NCBI GenBank assembly: GCA_951813565.1
Contig: OX638351.1
Location: forward strand, 1,504,001-1,568,000
Length of the DNA: 64,000 bases
Direction: 5' to 3'
DNA from: an uncultured Poribacteria bacterium
GTDB taxonomy: Bacteria > Poribacteria > WGA-4E > WGA-3G
Shown here: positions 39,292-48,096 of the stretch, in pieces
Layout of the letters: each line of letters opens with the position of its first letter
Numbering within the stretch: position 1 is the stretch's first letter
Notes under the pieces: model-generated
Seen by the model: only the letters and a program-made list of their open reading frames with translations
Databases searched by the model: none
What the model was told of the DNA's origin: nothing
Translations under genes and position numbers: made by a program

Positions 39292-39756
39292 TTATTTCGG
39301 CGGCACTTCCATTTCCATCGGGAACTCGCCTAAGTCAATAATTTTCTTGATCCCTTCGGGTGAAAAATGGGGAGGTTTGCCAAAACTAAAACGCATTTTT
39401 ATTTGTGGTTTCTCAATTCGCTGTAAGTATCTTAGTTCCTTATTGAGTTCATTAAGCTGCGCTCTGAGTTCTTTAATCTTGTCTGGAATCTCTTGCAACC
39501 TTGCAGTTTCTACATCTGTTAGGGGGCGTGGGTTTGGGTTTTTCCATATACCAACGGCTTGATAGGAAAAATCAGGGTCAATTTTCCAAACCTTTCCACC
39601 TATCGTCACTTCCTTAGTTCTGTTTTCAGTTTTTTCGTGTGGAGGAGGCAGATCGGGTGTGGATGGGGACGAAGTGCCCCCATCTTGTTTGCACCCTGAT
39701 TGAAACAAGAAGATCAGGATAATTATGAAAAAACTGATAGTCCGGATATAATGCAT
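39292..39756 (-). CDS. hypothetical lipoprotein with coiled coil
   Basis: Hydrophobic signal ending QSGC; KIKELRAQLNELNKELRYL. Confidence 0.7.
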   Translation of the reverse strand: MHYIRTISFFIIILIFLFQSGCKQDGGTSSPSTPDLPPPHEKTENRTKEVTIGGKVWKIDPDFSYQAVGIWKNPNPRPLTDVETARLQEIPDKIKELRAQLNELNKELRYLQRIEKPQIKMRFSFGKPPHFSPEGIKKIIDLGEFPMEMEVPPK

Positions 39757-40274
39757 CAGATAGCACCATCAATCTCGATCCCTATTGTGACACCGTCAAC
39801 AGTGATTTCTGCGAGTCCATTTCCAGAACCAGCAGGAAAGTTGTCAGTATAGAAAGCATCCCATGCCGAGGCATAAGAGTTCCAATGGGGACCATCGACT
39901 ACTTCTCCACGACCAGCTAACTCACCCTCTGCAAACGCCCATCCATCAACATCGCTGGCAGTATCGGCACATGCGGAGCCATACACATAGTAACTTCCAT
40001 CTGGTTCAAGCCAGAAACCTCCACTAATGTTTACGTACCCAAGATAATTGTCATCATCATCATAAACATATCCTAAAAGATAGAGCGAGAAATTCGTGTT
40101 TACAAAGTCAGCACAAACTTCCTTGGATTCGATGACAACTCCGTCATCTGCTATAAAATCATTAAACGGAATACATACCTGATCTGCGCGAATAGCGTTT
40201 ATGATGCTACCGAGCAAGAATACTCCCAATACCAGTGCTATAGCCAGCTGGTTTTTAACTTTCACGTTTCGCAT
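39756..40274 (-). CDS. hypothetical secreted acidic protein
   Basis: Sec-type signal ending AIRA; Asp/Gly/aromatic-rich mature part; AAGGAG RBS; stop overlaps the next start. Confidence 0.7.
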   Translation of the reverse strand: MRNVKVKNQLAIALVLGVFLLGSIINAIRADQVCIPFNDFIADDGVVIESKEVCADFVNTNFSLYLLGYVYDDDDNYLGYVNISGGFWLEPDGSYYVYGSACADTASDVDGWAFAEGELAGRGEVVDGPHWNSYASAWDAFYTDNFPAGSGNGLAEITVDGVTIGIEIDGAI

Positions 40275-40504
40275 GTTAGTTCTCCTTACTTATCCAAGTT
40301 GCTACTTACAAGTTCATGGTGTAAGGAGCAACTTAGGTTTAGGTAATAAAATTAAGGTTTTTGAACTCTAAAACAACGTTGTTGAGTTCACAACATTTTT
40401 ATGACATGCCTATGTGACATATCTGTTGAAAGGATAGAACACTCAGGTCAAACCGAATATAAACACGCTTATTATGTTGGTTTGCCCGACAATTTTCATA
40501 CATT

Positions 40505-40665
40505 AACGTGAGTTTGATAATTAACTGGACAGGCAAAAATTGAACAGAGAACGGGCATATTTGCTGAAAAAATCGTTATTTTGGTGTTTTTAACCCCTAA
40601 ATCCCCCTTATCAGAGGACTTTAAGAGGAAATGTAGAAATCCTAACTATTTATCAAACTCACGTT
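40505..40665. mobile_element. MITE with AACGTGAGTTTGATAA TIR and ACATT target duplication
   Basis: acatt|aacgtgagtttgataa ... ttatcaaactcacgtt|acatt. Confidence 0.8.
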
Positions 40666-40920
40666 ACATTATACAAAAAGTGCAAAAAAAAAAATCAAGT
40701 AAAAAATTCAAAAAATATGGAAATTAGTGCGTATTTCGGAAGAAATTTGAGGAATTATGACAAATTTTTGGTCTGTAGGTAGGGTTTCCGTGGATAACGC
40801 TCTATCCAACAAGTTCCATACGCGTATTGGATATTGACGTGCAGTGCGATAAACGCATAGTGCCGAGTTGACATTCTTGCCAAGTTGTTACACCTTACTA
40901 AAGGATAACCTTAAAATTAC

Positions 40921-40949
40921 TTGAAATTCGCTCCAATTTATGATATAAT
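40921..40949 (+). promoter_or_regulatory. sigma70 promoter of rpsO-pnp
   Basis: TTGAAA-17 bp-TATAAT with extended TG. Confidence 0.7.
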
Positions 40950-41088
40950 TATTCTCAATATGTATGAAGTCATCTCATATAAAGTATTTGAGGCACGGCA
41001 AACTGTTTCCGTCGTGCTTTTATTCTATAATGAATGAGGTTAATCTTTTTTACAACAAGAATACTTATAATAAAGGAGGTGAAATAGA

Positions 41089-41379
41089 TTGGCAATTGAT
41101 GCAGCACAGAAGCAGGAATTGATTCAAAAGCACCAAATACATGATCGAGACACCGGTTCGCCAGAGGCGCAGGTGGCGGTTTTAAATGCTCGCATTCAGG
41201 AATTAACGCAGCATTTTCAGACCCATACAAAAGATCACCATTCCCGATACGGACTTTTTCGGTTGGTAGGAAAACAACGCCGTTTGTTAAGATATCTCTA
41301 TAAAAAAGATGTCCCACGATATTATCGTTTAATAAATGAACTCGGTATTCGCGACACGATCGGTTCGCAGACAAGTTAA
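41089..41379 (+). CDS. rpsO: 30S ribosomal protein S15
   Basis: DTGSPEAQVAVL, KDHHSR.GL..LVG..RRLL.YL; AAGGAGGT RBS, TTG start. Confidence 0.97.
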   Translation: MAIDAAQKQELIQKHQIHDRDTGSPEAQVAVLNARIQELTQHFQTHTKDHHSRYGLFRLVGKQRRLLRYLYKKDVPRYYRLINELGIRDTIGSQTS

Positions 41380-41419
41380 ATATTCCACCGTAAGCATTAG
41401 AGTATGAGGAGGAAATTGA

Positions 41420-43747
41420 GTGAAAGTTGAAATGCAACTCGGAAGTGAAAATCTTTCGATTGAAATGGGAAAAGTTGCTAAGCAGGCAGATGGAGCCGTT
41501 TGGGTACAATACGGTGGAACAGTTGTCTTAGTGACAGTAGTCGCAGATAATAGCGAAAATGATTTAGATTTTTTCCCTTTGACAGTAGATTATAGAGAGA
41601 GAGCCTACGCTGGCGGACGTATCCCTACCGTATATGGAAGGCGTGAACCACGACCCGGAACATCAGAACAACTCGTCGCACGCCTAATTGACCATTGTAT
41701 TCGTCCACTTTTTCCAAAGGAATTTAAGGCTGAAGTACAAGTTTTATGCACTGTCTTATCTTCAGATGGTGTTCACCCCGCAGATGTCCCCGCCCTAATT
41801 GGCACATCCGCCGCGCTATCTGTTTCTGATATTCCATTTAGCGGTCCAGTTGCCGCTGTAACCGTCGGGAAAATAGATGGCAAATTGATTATTAACCCAA
41901 CTTATGAGGAGTTACACACATCTGAAATAGAACTTTTTGTAAGCGGCACTTCCAATGCCGTTATGTCTGTTGAAGGTGGGGGACACGAGACCCCAGAAGA
42001 CGAAGTAATTGATACTATCATCGCAGCACACGAAGAGATAAAAGAAATTATCAAACTTCAAGAAGGTATCGTTGCTGTCTGTAGCCAGCAAAAACGTGAG
42101 TACCAAGCAAAAACTGTAGAAGATACATTAAACACACGCATTAGAGACCTTGCCACCACTCGAATTCGTGAATCAATCGGGATGGCAGACAAACAATTAC
42201 GGGCAGATTATCTTGAACAGATTCAATCAGATATTCTCTCCGAAATTCACGAGGATGGCCCAGAAGAAATTGATCCGAGCGCTGAAAAAGATGCTCGATC
42301 TATCCTGGGTGATATAGAAAAAGAAGAGATGCGGCAAGCTATCCTCGTTGAAGGAAAACGGGTTGACGGGCGTGGTGTTACAGATATACGCTCGATTTCT
42401 GGTGAAGTTGCCCTACTCCCGCGAACCCACGGTTCAGCGCTCTTTACACGCGGACAGACACAGGCACTCTGCGTCACAACACTCGGTACTTCCGGTGATG
42501 AAGATGTTCAGCGTGGATTGGAAGGTGAAGTCCGCAGAGCTTTCTATTTACACTATAACTTCCCACCGTTTAGCACTGGTGAAGTCAAGCGAATGATGGG
42601 CCCCGGACGAAGAGAAATCGGACACGGAGCACTTGCACAAAAAGCGCTTGAACCGGTTATTCCAAGTAAAGAGGATTTCAACTACACTATCCGCATTGTA
42701 TCCGAAATTTTGGAATCTAACGCTTCTTCTTCAATGGCTACCGTCTGTGGTGCTACGTTAGCTCTTCTTGATGCGGGTGTGCCACTAAAAAGGGCCGTAG
42801 CTGGTATCGGCGTTGGACTAATTAAAGAGGGTGAACGCGAAGTTATATTGACAGATATGCTTGGAACCGAAGATTTTCTCGGCGATATGGATTTTAAGGT
42901 CGCTGGAACTACGGAAGGCATAACTGCCGTGCAAATGGACATAAAAATAGACGGTGTTACCCCAGAACTCATGCGACGCGCTATACACCAAGCACGGGAA
43001 GCACGCATCGCTGTCATTGAGCAAATGAACGCTGTTATTAATGAACCGCGTGCAGAGTTGTCACCTTACGCGCCGCGTATCTACTCACTCCAGATCGCAC
43101 CTGAGAAGATAAAAGACCTCATCGGTCCCCGAGGCAAAACCGTTCAAGGTATCCAAGAAGAAACGAATACTACTATCAACATTCAAGATGATGGTACCGT
43201 TGAAATAGCCTCAACAAGCGCTGAAGAAGTCAAACTTGCTGAGGAAAAAATCCGTCAAGTTACTGCTATGCCTGAAATCGGAAAAGAATATACTGGAAAA
43301 GTTGTCCGAACAGCTTCTTTCGGCGCATTTGTAGAAATTCTTCCCGGAAAAGATGGGCTTGTACACATCTCACAGATGGGAGACGGTTATGTCCGCAGGG
43401 CTGAAGATGTTATGCAGGTCGGTGATGAGGTTACCGTGCGAATCTTGACTATAGATGAACAGGGTAGAATTGACTTGTCGCTTATTGCCGCTAACGGTGT
43501 CCCGCTTGAAGAACTCAATACCTCTTCAGACTCAGATTCAGATTGGGAACCGGATCAACGTGAACCGCGCGAACAAGGTAGATCAAATTATCGTGAAAAT
43601 CGTCCTTACCGTGAATCACGGGATAACCGTGACAATCGTGACAGTCGCAACAATCGTGACAGACGCAACAACCGATATGAGCAGCGGGATAACTCGCGCG
43701 ATTCCAGAAATCGGAGATCGCCGCGTATCCCAAAGGGTAGATTTTAA
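41420..43747 (+). CDS. pnp: polyribonucleotide nucleotidyltransferase
   Basis: FFPLTVDY, RTHGSALFTRGQTQ, GDMDFKVAGT, KH and S1 domains; follows rpsO. Confidence 0.97.
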   Translation: MKVEMQLGSENLSIEMGKVAKQADGAVWVQYGGTVVLVTVVADNSENDLDFFPLTVDYRERAYAGGRIPTVYGRREPRPGTSEQLVARLIDHCIRPLFPKEFKAEVQVLCTVLSSDGVHPADVPALIGTSAALSVSDIPFSGPVAAVTVGKIDGKLIINPTYEELHTSEIELFVSGTSNAVMSVEGGGHETPEDEVIDTIIAAHEEIKEIIKLQEGIVAVCSQQKREYQAKTVEDTLNTRIRDLATTRIRESIGMADKQLRADYLEQIQSDILSEIHEDGPEEIDPSAEKDARSILGDIEKEEMRQAILVEGKRVDGRGVTDIRSISGEVALLPRTHGSALFTRGQTQALCVTTLGTSGDEDVQRGLEGEVRRAFYLHYNFPPFSTGEVKRMMGPGRREIGHGALAQKALEPVIPSKEDFNYTIRIVSEILESNASSSMATVCGATLALLDAGVPLKRAVAGIGVGLIKEGEREVILTDMLGTEDFLGDMDFKVAGTTEGITAVQMDIKIDGVTPELMRRAIHQAREARIAVIEQMNAVINEPRAELSPYAPRIYSLQIAPEKIKDLIGPRGKTVQGIQEETNTTINIQDDGTVEIASTSAEEVKLAEEKIRQVTAMPEIGKEYTGKVVRTASFGAFVEILPGKDGLVHISQMGDGYVRRAEDVMQVGDEVTVRILTIDEQGRIDLSLIAANGVPLEELNTSSDSDSDWEPDQREPREQGRSNYRENRPYRESRDNRDNRDSRNNRDRRNNRYEQRDNSRDSRNRRSPRIPKGRF

Positions 43748-43947
43748 GAAGGACGACCCATAACCAACGAAGGTTGTTTGAACACCTCTGCATCTAAATT
43801 AAGGCCAAATACCGCGCGGTATTTGGCCAATCAACGCCGAATGCGTCTATGGCATTCGGCGGGCAAATTTCAAGAACCGCTTCACCCCTTCGTCTACTGA
43901 AAATAGCGGTTCTTGGTGGGTTTGCTATTTGCTGCTTATTACCTATT

Positions 43948-44036
43948 TATAGTAAAACCTGCAATTTTTTTAACACTGTTGACAACGCGCTTTGTAAACG
44001 CGCCTACAAAAATTGTGTATTTTTAGATTTACTATA
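43948..44036. mobile_element. short MITE-like element (TATAGTAAA...TTTACTATA) with an internal REP
   Basis: Same termini as 585-821; internal cgcgctttgtaaacgcgcctac. Confidence 0.65.
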
Positions 44037-44043
44037 ATCGGAG

Positions 44044-44340
44044 GTGAGCCTAATGAGAACTCAAAACCTCAGAGCGAAGCGACAGATTCAAAAGGCTAAA
44101 GGGGATTTGCTCGCCCAGAAATGGATGACTAATCTGTTGGCGCTCATCCTAATCCTACTTATCGTTGCCTTTGTAATTCTATCAATCCCCGCAGTAAAAA
44201 AACAGATTGTCGATTTTGTACGGGTCTTACGTTATGGAAGAGAAAAGAAACCTGGGCCTCCCAAGGTCGCCCCTATTAGACTTCAAAATCCTTTTCAAAT
44301 CTTTATATTTTCACTAAGAGGAAATTGGCATGCGTACTAA
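44044..44340 (+). CDS. small hypothetical membrane-anchored protein (start uncertain)
   Basis: One strong hydrophobic helix LLALILILLIVAFVILSIP; overlaps the next gene. Confidence 0.45.
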   Translation: MSLMRTQNLRAKRQIQKAKGDLLAQKWMTNLLALILILLIVAFVILSIPAVKKQIVDFVRVLRYGREKKPGPPKVAPIRLQNPFQIFIFSLRGNWHAY

Positions 44341-44953
44341 ATGGATTCACTGTAAAACACGGCCCTTTCGGTTTGATCCGCCCCTTCTACTAAATACCGG
44401 GCAAATTGGAAAATGCCTCCGATCTTACCTCAACTTTGTCCTGTTTGCATTGCTGTCTTTTAGTTTATTAGCGTCGTTTAGTATGATTACTGGATGTGGT
44501 TATGTTTCTACCTCATCATATTTAGAGCATATCAGAACCATCAATGTCCCACCTATTAGTATTGACGATCCCGATTTCTTTTATGACAATGTTTCACAGC
44601 GTCCCTTTGATGAAGTGATTCATGAGAAATTAATCCAAAGGTTTAATCGAAAATGGAATGATGGGAACGATTCCGAACTCACAATACGGATACGGGATTA
44701 CGATATAAAAGAACACGGGTTTGGACCAAGCGGTAATGCCGAATTGTTGCGAATGAGTTTGCAAGTCGAGTATCAATTTATCGATAAGGTCAGAAATAAT
44801 CGAATCGCTCAAACAGATAACCACATACAGATACACGACTTCTATGTTGTAGATAATAGAGGTGAACCCCGAGAGACACTTGATCAAGCAAAAACCTTGA
44901 TAATTGAGGAACTCATTGAGGACCTTTACAATCAACTTGCAGAACAGTGGTAA
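44330..44953 (+). CDS. LptE-like lipoprotein
   Basis: TGCGY lipobox followed by S..L.HI.TI.VP pattern; acidic C-terminal helix ending in W. Confidence 0.55.
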   Translation: MRTKWIHCKTRPFRFDPPLLLNTGQIGKCLRSYLNFVLFALLSFSLLASFSMITGCGYVSTSSYLEHIRTINVPPISIDDPDFFYDNVSQRPFDEVIHEKLIQRFNRKWNDGNDSELTIRIRDYDIKEHGFGPSGNAELLRMSLQVEYQFIDKVRNNRIAQTDNHIQIHDFYVVDNRGEPRETLDQAKTLIIEELIEDLYNQLAEQW

Positions 44954-46071
44954 CTATGAAACTTCCCAGCACAGTTTTGCTTTGCCCTTTGTTTATCGTG
45001 ATACTCATCTCTTGTCAGCAAGAACAGGGTAACTTGACATCGGTCAGCCAAGAGGATGTTTACGTCTTCGGCGTGTGGAAAGCACCTACAGCGAAAAGTG
45101 CCAAAGAAGTTATGGCAAATGTATCCGCAAGAATTCATGCACATTCCGAAAAAAAATCGGCACTTTTAGCCACACAGAGCGAAGAAACACAACACCAAAT
45201 AGATATAAATCAAAAAGATAGCAAGTTTAAGCCTGTTACCGGATTGGAAAAGGTGTATCAAACTCTACCCTATTCTACTACTGCTGCCCCAGAAACGCTA
45301 TTACCAGAAGATGAAGAAGCAACAGATTGGGTCCGTGTGAGCAAACCGTCAACATATAATAGCGAAACACTCTATAAAGATCGATTCGTTCCTTCTGATA
45401 TTTACCCCAAAATTTACCATAATTACGGATTTCAAAAACAAGCAGAAGTCGAATACCAAAGTCCGAAATTCGGATCAGTCCCCTACATCTTACTTGAGAT
45501 TTTTGATATGGGAACACCTGAAAACGCATTTGGGATTTTTAGTGTTAACAGTTATCCACACCCTAAATTTGAGTGGATCGGATGTAAAGCAATTATTTCT
45601 GGGAAAAACCTCTGGTTCTGGAAAGGGAAGTACTTCATTCAAATAGAAGGATACGAGATTGCAACCGGTATTCGAAACGGAATGATCGCCCTTGCCCGAG
45701 TCACCGCAAAAAAGATACAAGATCCTCCGCAAAAAATACCACTTCTCGAACTTTTACCTACTCCATACATTCGTGGAAGTGAAAAGTTATTTTATGCGAA
45801 TTGGGCGCTACGTGAAATCTATAAGTCTGCCCCTAACATTATCCCACAATTAACGGATAAAACAATCGGTGTATTAGCACAATACTACAATACGAATGCT
45901 AAACAGGAGCAAACACCTTATGTCGTTTTCGTTATCCGATACCCCAATGTCTCTGACGCACAATCGGCATATAAAATGTATCGCAATGCATTAACAAAAA
46001 ATAATGTCTCTTATGAACTGGAGGCTACAAAGGGGGCAATTCTCATTAACGAGCTAATTATTGAACAATAG
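44947..46071 (+). CDS. hypothetical lipoprotein
   Basis: LISC lipobox; LEIFDMGTPENAFGIFS, FWKGKYFIQI conserved-looking block. Confidence 0.7.
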   Translation: MVTMKLPSTVLLCPLFIVILISCQQEQGNLTSVSQEDVYVFGVWKAPTAKSAKEVMANVSARIHAHSEKKSALLATQSEETQHQIDINQKDSKFKPVTGLEKVYQTLPYSTTAAPETLLPEDEEATDWVRVSKPSTYNSETLYKDRFVPSDIYPKIYHNYGFQKQAEVEYQSPKFGSVPYILLEIFDMGTPENAFGIFSVNSYPHPKFEWIGCKAIISGKNLWFWKGKYFIQIEGYEIATGIRNGMIALARVTAKKIQDPPQKIPLLELLPTPYIRGSEKLFYANWALREIYKSAPNIIPQLTDKTIGVLAQYYNTNAKQEQTPYVVFVIRYPNVSDAQSAYKMYRNALTKNNVSYELEATKGAILINELIIEQ

Positions 46072-46152
46072 TTTGTCTTGCCTTCTCATGCTTCCATACA
46101 ACAATGACGTAGAACTGGATACGATTCAGTAACATAAATATAGGATGTTTTT

Positions 46153-46908
46153 ATGCGTGGTGATTTTGAAGCATATCTTAATGATGAATTTCGTGATGAA
46201 TCTGGAAAATTAGATTTAAATGGACTGCTGGCATTAGAAGACGAAGCCGATATGGACGTGGCAGTCATCATGCCGACCCCTCAACCGGATCCTCGGAACG
46301 ATGAACTCGCCGAAGTAATTCGTGGTAATCAGCGAACCCTCGGCTGTGCCCTTGTGCATCCGACAGAACCAAAACCTGTGGAACAGGTTAAACTGGCTGC
46401 AAACGAGTGGGGAATGCGTGGTATTAAACTGATGCCCGCGATTCACAATTACAACGTTGATGACCCAATTGTGCGCCCTGTCGTAGAAGCCGCTCGTGAC
46501 AACGAACTAATTATTTCAATACATTCTGGGCCCAACAATTGTCATCCGAACCGTATCGGCGCCGTCGCGAGTTGGGTGCCAGAAACGCCTATTATCATGG
46601 ATCACATGGGATTGCCAGATGATTTAGATGCAGCAATTTCCGTAGCAAAAACGAACAAAAACATCTCACTCGGAACGACAATCTTGCGATTTCACCGTCG
46701 TTGGGGAACTGATCCGGACACAGTTGTGCCGACAGAGGTAAAGACTGCTGTTGACACCCTCGGACCAGAGCAGATAGTTTTCGGTTCTAACTTACCCGAA
46801 TACCGACCAATCCAAGTTATCAACGCCTTAAAACGTTTGGAACTCGGTGATGATGCTGAAGCATTGATTTTCGGTGATAATCTTGCACGTATCTATGGAT
46901 TAGCGTAA
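46153..46908 (+). CDS. amidohydrolase family protein
   Basis: GIKLMP, IHSG, IMDHMG, VFGSNLP. Confidence 0.85.
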   Translation: MRGDFEAYLNDEFRDESGKLDLNGLLALEDEADMDVAVIMPTPQPDPRNDELAEVIRGNQRTLGCALVHPTEPKPVEQVKLAANEWGMRGIKLMPAIHNYNVDDPIVRPVVEAARDNELIISIHSGPNNCHPNRIGAVASWVPETPIIMDHMGLPDDLDAAISVAKTNKNISLGTTILRFHRRWGTDPDTVVPTEVKTAVDTLGPEQIVFGSNLPEYRPIQVINALKRLELGDDAEALIFGDNLARIYGLA

Positions 46909-46965
46909 TCAAAATATTTTGAGAGACGTTCATGTCTGTAAATGCTCTATCGTGAGACAAGACAG

Positions 46966-48036
46966 ATGAAAAGAACACCGCTCTATGAAGTTCATAAATC
47001 CCTCTATGCAAAATTCACTGAATTCGGTGGATGGGAGATGCCGCTTCAATACAGCAGTATTGTTAAGGAACATCTGGCTGTCCGTGAAACCGTCGGCTTA
47101 TTTGATCTATCACACATGGGAGAAATTGACATTCAAGGGCAAGGGGCAAACGAATTTGTGCAAAAACTCTGCACAAATGATGTGAGTCGTTTAACCGATG
47201 GACAGGTGCAATATACGCTCCTCTGTAATGAAAACGGAGGCATAGTTGATGACATTCTAATTTATAGGCACGCTGATAATGATTATACGCTGGTTGTCAA
47301 CGCTGCTAATATTGAAAAAGACCTCACATGGGTGCAAACCCATAATGATATGGGAGCAGACGTAAATGATGACAGCGAAAACACAACCCTCATTGCGTTA
47401 CAAGGACCAAGATCAATAGACATTCTGAGTCAGTTTGGTACTAAATGGTTTATCTCAGAAATTCCGTTTTTTCACTTTACAGCAGAACAGGTTGCAGGAA
47501 TACCCACCGCCATTTCACGAACCGGCTATACAGGTGAAATCGGTTTTGAGTTGTACGTTGATGCAAGCGATGCGGAAGATTTATGGGATGCACTCTATCC
47601 CGCTGTGATAGAAGAAGGAGGACAACCAGTCGGACTTGGGGCACGCGATACTTTAAGACTTGAAGCTGGACTTCGTCTATACGGCATGGATATGGACGAC
47701 AATACGACACCTTATGAGGCGGGACTCGGTCGGTTTGTCAAATTGGATAAGGGTGATTTTATCGGTAAAGATGTACTCCTTGCACAGAAGGAAAAAGGAG
47801 AGTTAAAAAAGAAATTAGTAGGTTTTCAAATGTTGGACCGTGCTGTTGCGAGGGACGGATACGCTGTCTATCAAAATGGCAACCTTATCGGTAAAGTGAC
47901 AAGCGGTGCACCGTCACCGAGTCTGAAATGCAATATCGGTTTTGCTTCTATATCTCAGTATACAAAGAAAACAATCGAAATTGACATCCGAGGAAAATTG
48001 CACCCCGCGAAAATCGTGAAGGTGCCTTTTATTTAG
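46966..48036 (+). CDS. gcvT: glycine cleavage system aminomethyltransferase T
   Basis: KRTPLY, FGGWEMPLQY, FDLSHMG, SRTGYTGE, GLGARDTLRLEAG. Confidence 0.97.
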   Translation: MKRTPLYEVHKSLYAKFTEFGGWEMPLQYSSIVKEHLAVRETVGLFDLSHMGEIDIQGQGANEFVQKLCTNDVSRLTDGQVQYTLLCNENGGIVDDILIYRHADNDYTLVVNAANIEKDLTWVQTHNDMGADVNDDSENTTLIALQGPRSIDILSQFGTKWFISEIPFFHFTAEQVAGIPTAISRTGYTGEIGFELYVDASDAEDLWDALYPAVIEEGGQPVGLGARDTLRLEAGLRLYGMDMDDNTTPYEAGLGRFVKLDKGDFIGKDVLLAQKEKGELKKKLVGFQMLDRAVARDGYAVYQNGNLIGKVTSGAPSPSLKCNIGFASISQYTKKTIEIDIRGKLHPAKIVKVPFI

Positions 48037-48096
48037 AAATGAACGCTTAAAAGTAGTAGGCACACTCCGTGTGCTGTAACCCGTTGAGGTAATAAA

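Noticed and set aside
40970..41509. 179-aa minus-strand ORF
   Set aside because: Antisense shadow of rpsO/pnp.
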